Part shown: positions 45,818 through 64,000 of the stretch, piece after piece
How positions within the stretch are numbered: the stretch's first letter is position 1
How the letters are laid out: every line of letters begins with the position of its first letter
Assembly: GCF_964355755.1 (NCBI RefSeq)
Contig: NC_092673.1
Span: 25,107,648 to 25,171,647 of the forward strand
Source: Antedon mediterranea
Lineage: Eukaryota > Animalia > Echinodermata
Direction: 5' to 3'
DNA length: 64,000 nt
The notes under the pieces: model-generated
Told to the model about the DNA's origin: nothing
The model's database searches: none
What the model saw: the letters and a program-made list of their open reading frames with translations, nothing else
Made by a program: the position numbers and the translations under genes

Positions 45818-48685
45818 TTATTCATTCTTGTCATCGCCTGTTGACTGGATCTTCAAAAGCTGCACGGTTCCATAATCGTTAGTAGGCGGATCATCGTTCG
45901 AGGTATCACACAATGTTTCTTCTTCTTCTTCTAGGTCTACTGCAGCCTTACTATGATGATAGCCATATTTTGCATATATAATCAACCCTTTAATATATGA
46001 AAAGTATATTATTACCCAAAATAGAAACATTAGGTACATCCATACATTTAGGAAGCATTCGATTTTCGACGACAAAGAACGCATAGGGGGTAGGGGGGGG
46101 GGGTTGTTTGGGGGGGGGGGGGGGAGGGGGTTGTTGCGGGGTTAGTGGGACGTTTTTCATCACTGTGTTCTTCGACACGAGTTTTTGTTGTTGTCTTCTA
46201 CGTCCAGACGACGACCGACGACGCATGCGTATGTCATAGGTCATCCCAAATCTTAATTCAAATGCTGCGGATAGAGTAGCCAAACAAAATAGAGTTTGAA
46301 ATACCTCACTTTTTGCTTTAGTTTTATTAGTTTTATCGTGATCTCAAATGGTTTTCGATGGCATCATTCATATTCTCGATTTATTGAATGGCAGTGCTGC
46401 AACCAAATGTTAAACGTTAAAAGGTACTAACTCTTACCTATTAATACCCATATAGCAAAACGAATCCACGTAAATATCGACAAATTTACCAAAAGCACAA
46501 TGTTGAAAAGCATGGAAAAAGCTGGAACAAATGGTACATACGGAGTCTGGGAAAAAATAACATTTAAAATAGATTTAGCTACACTTATAAATGCAACTTA
46601 TGGACGATAACGAACGAAGATAAATAGGTCTATACAAATAGGCCCTATTTTTTCTAACAGAACAAAAAATGGATAAGTTATAATCCTAGATCTATACGAT
46701 TAATACGGTCTTAGTAAAATCAAATGATGCAGTGATCAATAAGAACAATATGAATTTAATTTTTTGGAATCAATATTTATCGGCGTATATTTGGAAACAT
46801 ATACAGTACAATTAGTCTTTAGACCATTACCAGATCACCAGAAATACTAAGTTTATGAAGTCACGGCGATCGGTCAGATCAGCATTATCATGCAACATTT
46901 TAAATTTAAAAATACATTCCTGTTAGGTTTAACCAGACCTTTTGGTAGCCTCAACTATATTTGTGACTTAGGTTCAAATTGCGAACAATTTGGCATCTCT
47001 GTCACTATGGCAATGTCACTATGGCAAGACGTTTTAGTTTTTATATTATTGTTTTATGGAGTGCGTTTTCTAAAGAAATAATAGAGTGAAATTAACAAGT
47101 TGTATTAGCCTACATGTCTTACCCGAAAAGTCAACTCTTCGTTATTCTGGTAGTGCATCAATATAACAGCAAATGAAAATATGCATCCAAGTATAAATAG
47201 GAAAAACAGTATAATATAAATCCAAGACCCTTTCATGACGTCATTGTGGTTTAGCATAACAACTACACAGGCGCAACACAGTGCATACGCTATCGTTGCT
47301 ATTGCAACAGTACGTCCGGGAACTTCACTCGCCAAGAAATTTAAACATTGAAATTTCGGTTTTAATGTTCCACTTAATTCGCCAACACGGCTGCGACAAA
47401 GGTCCGTTGAAAGGCTACATTGCTTGTTAAACATTTTAACGTTTTCTTCTTCAGGTCTGTACCGAAGGTTTATAACAGACCCTGAAACAACTGTGTAACA
47501 GATTAAACTTCCAATATTAAGAGATTCAACCAAGGCGTAAAAGTCTACGAACAAAACCACAAGTATTGTAATTCCTCCGAATATTAGAGTTGCTGTAACC
47601 GGCACACGATTTCTTGATGAAACTTGTGATAACTGTGTAAACATGAGTCCATCTTTAGCCATTGAATAGACAAATCTTGGCAGCGCATGTAAGGTTACCA
47701 ACGTGGATCCAGAAACAGAAAATGTCAACGCCACTACAATAACGTATGTTGGAACGACTTCTCCAAGCTGTTGAAAAGCATCTGAAAGTGGCACGATCGG
47801 ATTTATTTCACACCATGGTACAATCAGCGTTAACGTGCTCACTAATACTAAATTAATACAGGTGTTAACTAAGACGGCAGATAGTAAAGCTTTTGGAACA
47901 CTTTTTACGGGGTCTATACATTCCTCGCTAGATATACAAATAACTTCAAACCCAGCATAAAGGAAGAACAATTTGGCAGATCCCGACACAACACCACCGA
48001 AACCGTACGGAAAAAATCCACCGTAGTTTGACCAGTTAGAAAAGTTGATATGAGGAACCCCATAACCTTCAAGAATAGCTATAAACGTCATTACAAATAT
48101 AACGACGATTGCATTTATACGCGATGATATTTTAACTCCAAATAGAAGAATTATTGTAAAACATAATATCATAAATGCGGCAAGTAAATCTGGATAGTTG
48201 GCTAAAAATGGCGTATTCCATTCCTTTCCATTCAATATATAATTCACTGTTAAATTGTGTAGGACATCGCCAAACATGTTATCGATAGTTGATGACAATG
48301 CACGAGATAAACTTCCAGCACAAGCTACATATTCTAATATCATATTCCATCCTATTATAAACGCCCATATTTCACCAATTGTCAGATAAGTATATAGGTA
48401 GGCGCTACCAGCTTGCGGAATTCGACAGCAAAATTCTGCGTAGCATAAGGCTGAAAGCAAGGCCGAGGCAGCCGCGATGAGTATTGAGACATCTACAGCT
48501 GGACCTGCCAGTGTGGCAGCAACAGACCCACATAAAATAAACACACCAACACCAAGAACATAACTTAATGCAATAAATGTTAAATCAAATGTTGTTAAGC
48601 ATCTGTTAAGCTTTGTCTTTAAAATATCTGAACGAATTATCTTTCGTCGAATTATATTTGCGAATATATTTTTAAACTTTTCCAT
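45818..48685 (-). CDS. Cationic amino acid transporter, SLC7A1-4/14 (CAT) family; coding exons 48685-47123, 46546-46438, 45987-45818
   Basis: LNRCLTTFDL, LCYAEF..RIPQAGSAYLY, IGWNMILEY, GFFPYGFGGV, PRFVYSMAKDGL, SIG-like NIGSL, TPYVPFVP and WIRFAIW. Introns are GT-AG and keep the frame. Confidence 0.93.
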
Positions 48686-49677
48686 ATCAATTCAATTTCC
48701 GTATCGACCACTGATCACTTTCTAAGAATATAAAAGCATGTAACTGAATTATTACTGGTTTTTGTCTTAATGTAACTTGTTTAATTCAACAGATATGACA
48801 ATAGTACAATACAGTTTATTTCTTTTACATAGCATTATACGCCAGTTTAGCTGCCTCGGGGTTGAAAATCGGTTCCCTCGAATATAGGCCTATACTTTAG
48901 CATAATTGTGAGTAATAGACTTAACTAAAACAACTACAGTAGAGTAAAACAACTACTGGACAGTATAAAACACTTCAGTACCTTATTATGACTGATATGC
49001 CTACCGGATATTCCAACAAACTTCTTGATTTGAATAACAATTTTAACCATTAAAGATATCCATTCCCGTCCACTAAAATGACTAAGACGTCATATTATAT
49101 ACAGTGGCTATAGCTCGAATCCATTTGTAAGCATGCATTGCTGGAGTTTTACAATACCCTTTATACTTCTTTAGATTCTTTCAGTTGTTTAATTCAGTAT
49201 AATACCTCAAATAGCACGTATTCAACGCACAATACAAAAGCACTCTTTTCACTAACAAAAGTATTTTAATATTAAATAAGCGTTGTGTGACGGTACATTT
49301 TATCAGGAAGAGTTAAATTAAACTCTTCCCTGATCTTATCAATATATTATGTGTTGTGACGCTTGTGCGACAGAGTTAAATTATAGGCCTACCTTAAACA
49401 ATTTTGAATTCGACTGTATCATAGACATATGTATGTAGAAAAATAACCGTATATACACCGACACTTCGTTTGTCTGTAGGCCTACTCGTTTTAATGCTTT
49501 TTATTTGAGATGCATGCGTTTACACGTGAACCATGGAGGTATAATTATACCTCCAGCGTGAACCATCTGTCATAATATTAGGCCTACGTGTATGAAATTA
49601 GTCATTAGTCATTAACTTGTTTAAAGGATAGTGGATATAATGGGTTTTCACATGCGATGCAACAATACGAATTATGT

Positions 49678-49868
49678 TGGGAGTGGCAATACATATTTGA
49701 TTTACGGTGGCCTGTAAGTGTCACACATGCAACGACAAGGATTCTGTAGGGATTGGCAATGCATATTTGATTTACGGTGGGCCGTAAGTGTCACGCATGC
49801 AACGATACGGAATCTGTAGGGAGTGGCAATGTATATTTGATTAACGGTGGCCCGCAAGGGTCACGCAA
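49678..49868. repeat. 70-bp tandem repeat, ~3 copies
   Basis: gggagtggcaat.catatttgatttacggtgg recurs with a 70-bp period. Confidence 0.85.
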
Positions 49869-51497
49869 ACTTTTATAAACATGTCACGGCAATAGAAAAA
49901 AAAAACATCAGCGGCATCAATGCTACAGTGAACACTGTAATACTGTTTTTACTGTGGAAAACTTCAACACAAAGAAGAAAACAAAAAAATCCACAATCAT
50001 CAGTATTTATTTATGAATTAAGATTGTTAATTCAGAATGGTTTTTTTTGCAGCCACCCACCCCAGTGTTAAAAGCAACCAATGGAAAACACCGGAACAAT
50101 GCCGTGGGTATCGGAACGAAATTGTAACATTAATATAATAATACTGAGCATTTATAAAGCGTTCTTGAACATTGCTGTAAGACCGAAAGTTGTTTTAATT
50201 AAAAGTTGTCATTAAGGACTTTGCCTCAACCCCCACTATTTAAATTCAAGCATACAAAACCTACCGAAACGTTATATATAATATAGCTCAAATGTATCTA
50301 GTCATTCTGCTCTTTTAAAAGTGTGCTTTTTGCGTAAAATATACATACCAGCATACCATAAAAGAAGATCTACAAAGGCAGGAAGGTTTGTTGGAGAAAC
50401 TAACCATGAGATGATAGTTTGAATCTCAATGAATAACTGCGTTAATTTTTTATTTACAGTAATATATATAAATTATATAATATCCAATTTGCAGACAGTA
50501 CTGTTTTGATCTTATCAGATCTCGTCAGTGCATAATATAATTATTTAATAAAAATAATGTTATTTAATGTAATATTCTTAAAGATATGCAACATGAATGT
50601 GCTTCTCTTATTCCTTTTGATTTCATTTATTTAAAGGTAGGGCAATAAAGTCAAGCTTGTAAAACCAAAAAAAGTCTAAAAAATATGATTGGCATTTCTT
50701 TTTATCAGGGTACTGTATCTTTTCTCCATGCCGTCATAGTTATATCATGGTTATATACAGTAGTTTCTTATCTTCAACACATCTAACATCAAGAAAATCG
50801 CCATCACATCATGGATAAACCATGAGGCATACAATAATGATATAACAACAACAAAATTAATAATAAAAACTATGTAATTCTTTTCCAGACTTTAAATTGT
50901 AAAATATTAGATCCAAGTATATATATTTATTATTTTTGCTTAATTTAACATATCAGTTATTTACTATATTCCAAATTTTCTTATTCAGATTTTTAATTCT
51001 CATGTAACCAATATTTATTTATAGGCTTTTGTTTTTCTTTAACTTTACTGTTATTGTTGTATGTGTATTTTATCCAAATGATCAGCAATTGTTGGATGGA
51101 TTACCCTTATTTAATATGGTTTTAAAAAAACCAATAAAAAAAAACACGATGTTTATATAAAAAAAGTCTCATTTGAGGCTTAGAAAGTGGTAGAACCAGT
51201 TGTTAGTTACAACCATGGCACTAGTTCAGGATTAACCTTGGACTTTTTCATTGAAAGGCATGCATGTTAACCACCAAGCTGCAGCTCCACCAGAATACCA
51301 ATATAAAGCATTTGGATTGTGCAAGAAAGGTTTTAAAATTCCACTTCATATTTTGTGTAAAAATAAATAGAAGAGATAGAAACAGATACAACAGTCTGTT
51401 CTGAAAGCTGTTTTGAGAAATTAAAGAAAAAATTCCTGACCATGCATTATCTATTGATACTGAAACTAACATGCTGATTTACACCACTCCAGTACCT

Positions 51498-59371
<7,874 letters not shown>

Positions 59372-60117
59372 GATGACTAAAAGATACATAAATATTTATT
59401 AAACATTTAAGTTAACATAAAAACTTTAAAACAAAAACATAAGCAGGAATTGTGTGAAAACAAAGTTTAACACGATTCTATTTTGAGAACTGAGTGGGCG
59501 TGGTACAATCCTCTTGGACCACGCTGCTCTCACGTCTCCAACAATCATTCAGTAAGATATTTTTTATCTCCCCCCCCCCCTTTTCCCGCCCACCCACATG
59601 TAATATCACATGAACTACAAGACGGGCTTTTTCATGAGCATCCCTGTGATATTACAAAAATAAAATCTGCGTCTAACTTTAATTATACATCCACAATCAC
59701 ATGCAGGTTACACGTTTAGAATGTTCATTTTTCCAATAAAATTTTAATATGCCAGAAAATGATGATGTATGCTTATATTCTTTGTATATCAAAATAGTAA
59801 TACACCTATACACAATGCCTCATTTGACTAGACAAACAAAATTGTAATTGATCATTCAAATTAACAGAATTTAGCTAAAAAACATTGTCTCAATCATGTG
59901 ATAAATTAATGAATTTAATTAAACACAATCTGCATAATCATTGGTCTTTTACAAAACACATACGGTGTATATAAAAAACATTAAAGTTTACTGAAAGGAT
60001 CTGTATCTTAATAATATTAATAATATATAGAAAATAAATACAATATAACTTGAAAAATATGTGGCTAGGTAGAAATATTATTTTCTCCATGTTGCCAACT
60101 GGCTTAATCACCTCTAA

Positions 60118-60457
60118 TGCACTTGTCAATTGTATGACCCACTATACGACCCCCGGGAGAGGTGCATCATGGGTGCGTCATTTACAAATAATTACTGACG
60201 TAGGGGTACGTAAAAAAACCTAGAAGGTACGTCACATCAATGAACGATGGTGTGTCAATGTTCGTCACTTTACCATTCAAAATATCATAAACATGGTCAC
60301 AGTGCGTCAAAATGGGTGCGTCATGGTCATCTAAAGGTAAGTCAAATTAGTGACGCATGGGTGTGTCATGGTATTCATAATGTATGACACATATCGGACA
60401 AATGACGCACCTCTTCTGGGGGTTGTATAGTGGGTCGTCATACAATTGACAAGTGCA
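60118..60457. mobile_element. PIF/Harbinger-like MITE, TAA TSD
   Basis: TIR tgcacttgtcaattgtatgac...cccactatac with TAA on both flanks. Confidence 0.85.
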
Positions 60458-61029
60458 TAATCATACTATCTAAACTAGGCCTAAGTTTTATTTACTGTCT
60501 TTACTCTTTAAAGATGTATAATTGTTGGCCAAAACATGATAAAAAAATAAGATGAATAAAATCAAACTTTGAATAGGCCAATTTGCAGTTTTATTTTAAT
60601 CAAGATGATTTCGCTATTTTTATAAGGGGAGAAAATTAACTGTTAGTGTTAGTGTTACATACTGTTTAAATAACCACACAACCCCGTTGTCAGGATCTAG
60701 GAATTTTCCAGGGCATAACAACGACATACAGTACTGTACTGAGTATTTCAGGCACGGCCTCCACTCTAGAGGCATAGCCTATGCCATATAGGCCTACCTA
60801 GGCCCTATTTATACTAGCCCTGGCCCCTAGAGGCCTAGGCTTCTGCCTAGCTACTAAGTACTATAGCTAGGCCTCTATCTAGATTCGTTAGCAGTGGCAC
60901 CTTGACCAATTTTCAGGTAATAAAAACATAAATAGTTAAACAAAATAGAATTATTAAAATAGAAAGTAAACACACTCTGAGCTGTCCTTAATTAACTATC
61001 AGCGGATCGCATACGCCATCTTTTTAAGA

Positions 61030-61115
61030 ATAATACTCGGAAATTCCAACTTGAATTTGATTGGACAGTACACACAGCAGGCCTTATGAGTCATAGCGGG
61101 GAATTTCCAGAATTG
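61030..61115. promoter_or_regulatory. Candidate bidirectional promoter core with kB-like, AP-1 and CCAAT motifs
   Basis: gggaatttcc at 61099-61108, ggaaattcc at ~61039, tgagtca at 61087-61093 and attgg at ~61060, all between divergent genes. Confidence 0.5.
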
Positions 61116-61211
61116 CATTTTTTTTACCAGTGGATTTTTTAGAATCATCACAATTTGGACACAATTTGATAACATTTCAAAAGCATCATTCATTATTAGC
61201 GCTAGCCAAAC

Positions 61212-61413
61212 ATGGCAGCTAAAGTACCTCCAGCCGTCTGTGTGAGATTTGAAGGTCTTTCACAACCATATCCAACGAATCTAAATGACAAGCTTCAGCT
61301 TTATTTTCAAAGTTACAAGAAATCTGGAGGAGGTGATATAGATTCTGTGAAGATACACAGTAACACACAGGATGATGATCCATTTGCCATTATCATTTTT
61401 GATCAACTAGAAA
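61212..61413 (+). CDS. First coding exon of a PARP14/PARP10/DTX3L-type gene (N-terminal RRM-like domain)
   Basis: Good Kozak context aaacATGg, KLQLYFQSYKKSGGGDI motif, donor a|gtgagt at 61414. No further exon was recognised in the window. Confidence 0.75.
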
Positions 61414-62340
61414 GTGAGTACTGTAATTTTACATTTGGTTACTTTTCATAAAATGGGAAAAAAAAGAATGGATTATTTGATTTGATGCCTAATTAGTGGT
61501 GGTGGGGCCTGTGGCGAAGGCGAAGCGAATTTTGTTAAATGACAGATGGCCGGAAATGGCACACTCCCGCTCGTAAAATTCACGATAAATGGCACCTAGG
61601 TCGTGTTCGTACGGTGGTTAAAATAAGCGCTTAATTTCACCCATGCCTCGGGTTATAAATTGAGCGTTGTTCGTACTTGAAATATTTAACCGCTTAAATG
61701 CTTAATCGACGAATCACAAACCGGAAATTACGTTTTAAGGTCAGTTGTCTTTACAACCTACGACCCCATTTTCGCACGCTAGTTTCGTGTTGTATATTTT
61801 TTACTCGCGATCTTTCTTTACAATAACAATTACTTGCTACCTTTTACATTGCTTATCCTTGCGACAAACCTTATGCCTCTTAACGCCGATTAATCCTGCC
61901 GAAATATGCCTTCTCCTGACGACCATTATTTTACTTATTGACGAAGAATTTGAGCCCAATGTTACACGACGGAAACACCACCGACCAGCGGCTCCCCGAC
62001 CAGCTAGGCCTACTAAGCGGTCTACACCAACAAGGACAGCACCAGCTGACGATCGCCCTCGAAGCGTGTATGGAAGAGCTTCGTAGGAGAAATGACGGGC
62101 CTAGGCAGCGAACGTTTGTCAAAATTTGACACATTGCCTCTATCGGAGATTTATTATCCTCGAAGGCCGAGTATAATTGGATTATCGCTGAAATAACCTG
62201 CAAATTTGGTGAAGATTTTACCTCGAATTTTTTGTAGCCTGAGGCAAAAGTTAATTGGATCACGCGAACGGAAATCGGGAATAAGCTGGTATTTTCAACC
62301 CCTATGAACAGGCCCCTATACTAGTTCGCCGGAAATGACA

Positions 62341-64000
62341 GGGTGTGTAGAAAGCGACGACCTCGAATTGGACGACCCCAACGACCCGGGCGACCTCGAA
62401 TTGGACGACCCATAACACGAAACCGACGACCCCTATAATAGCCTAGCCTAGCCTAGGCCTAAGTATGGTATAACATCCCGAAGCCGAACATAACCAAAGA
62501 TCTTTAAACCATACCTTATATAATACTCGCAAGCAAGCAATTGATTGAAAAAATACAGAAATATCGACATTTGATACTGAATGTGTCGACACGAACAAAC
62601 GAACAGATATGGAACGCCAAGAGTGCATCATTAAAACTGCATTCGACTCGATTAGCACACGAAATATCATAAACATGGCAAACCAGGCCCCTTTTTCAGT
62701 GGCAGGTAAGGTTTGACCATGGAGGTATACCTCCATGGTTTGACCAGCTCCATGGTTTGGTAAAAATATTTTTATACCTCCATGGTTTGACCGTATACAA
62801 TGCATGTGTGAAATGTAAAGCTTTCTTATGGCCCTCCCCATGCAGGATTAGGCCAAGTTGAGCCGCCGACAAGTTGAGGCGCCGCCAGAAAAACGTTATT
62901 TTCTATGAAACGCCAAATGCTTACTTTCGCCGGTGCTCGTTTCTATTTAATAGAAATTCTATTTATATTAATTATTAGATATAACGATGTATATTCCAAA
63001 GTTTATATATCACGGTTTTTAGTATATATTATTAAATATTATAATTAAAGAGAAATAATTATGAATATCTGACTTGTAGATTCCAAAATATAAGGCCTAA
63101 AACATGACCGAAAATGATCGTTTTTAGCCAAAAATGACGTAAACATGTTGCCCCCTCAGGCGGCAGTTGAAGTAAAATAATTGCATAAAATCACCGTTTT
63201 TTAGTAAAATATTTTGTGTATTAACATTGTAAAATTCAATAAAATATGATATTAAAAGATAGTAAATAAAAAATAATAATTATTTAACCTCATTCGAAGA
63301 ATATCAATACTCTATTAGTCCTGAGAGACAACGTGATTTTACGTGGTAGACATACACGCGAGAAAAATATTATGGAGTGCACTGCATTTTTACCTTGAAA
63401 GATTAAAAACAATTAAATTATTAAATATGACTACTTTCCTTTGCTGTTTCAAACCAACAAAATTGTAGTATGTAATTATTATTTATTTTCATGACACAAT
63501 AAACCTAAAGACCATATGAACTTATGTAGGGCCTACTAGGACACCACTCTATCACTACGCGAAATGTCGTAAAAGACGCACTGGCCGTTTCATAGAAATT
63601 ACCGGCGGCTCAACTTGTCGGCGGCCCAACCGGTCATATCCCCCCATGCACATGTTACGCTGCTTGGTAGGCCTATAGTGTTCGTTATAAGAAGACGAGA
63701 TGTAATTATACGTCCATGGTTTAACCATGTATTGTATAATATTTATTTCTTTTTAATTTATTTTTAATATGTCGAATGCAGTTTTAATGATGCACTTTTG
63801 GCGTTCCATATCTTTTCGTTTGTTCGTGTCGACACAATCAGTATCAAATGGCGATATTTCTGTATTTTTTCAATCAATTGCTTGCTTGCGAGTATTATAT
63901 AATAAGGTATAGTTTAAAGATCTTTGGCTATGTTCGGCTTCGGGATGTTATACCACACTTAGGCCTAGGCTAGGCTAGGCTATAGGGGTCGTCGGTTTCG
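62341..64000. mobile_element. Second copy of the 16891-18647 Mutator-like element (runs off the window end), including the inner MITE
   Basis: Near-identical to 16891-18555. Confidence 0.93.

Noticed and set aside
45990-46283. Pro-rich ORF and poly-G tract
   Set aside because: Low-complexity sequence in an intron of the transporter gene, with no coding support.
61590-62340. Short ORFs and a possible Harbinger-like end (ggtcgtgttcgtac) in the intron
   Set aside because: No recognisable domain, and the matching terminus is not in the window.

Overview
AT-rich, intron-containing animal DNA, probably from a marine invertebrate (the taxon is inference only). Host genes: (i) three secreted low-complexity proteins with the same layout, a single coding exon with the ATG just after a splice acceptor: an acidic 24-aa tandem-repeat protein (503-2134), a 1257-aa Arg/aromatic/Cys tandem-repeat protein (24553-28326) and a His/Tyr/Arg/Trp-rich 274-aa protein (44565-45389); (ii) an SLC7/CAT-type cationic amino acid transporter (minus strand); (iii) a DTX3L-like gene carrying an internal macrodomain, two RING-like fingers and a Deltex C-terminal domain (minus strand), head-to-head with the first exon of a PARP14/DTX3L-type gene. 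Most of the rest is nested mobile DNA: LINEs, a Ngaro/PAT-type tyrosine-recombinase retrotransposon with split direct repeats interrupted by an Academ-derived foldback, several Mutator-like foldback elements/MITEs with 9-10 bp TSDs, Helentron-like (DINE/HINE) elements and smaller MITEs. Most striking observation: the polyanionic and polycationic secreted proteins are paralogues. One amplified the acidic pro-segment 23 times and lacks the cationic part; the other kept a single pro-segment and amplified a ~40% Arg/Lys module 15 times. This suggests a charge-complementary secreted system (coacervate adhesive/matrix, or cationic effector plus neutralising partner).
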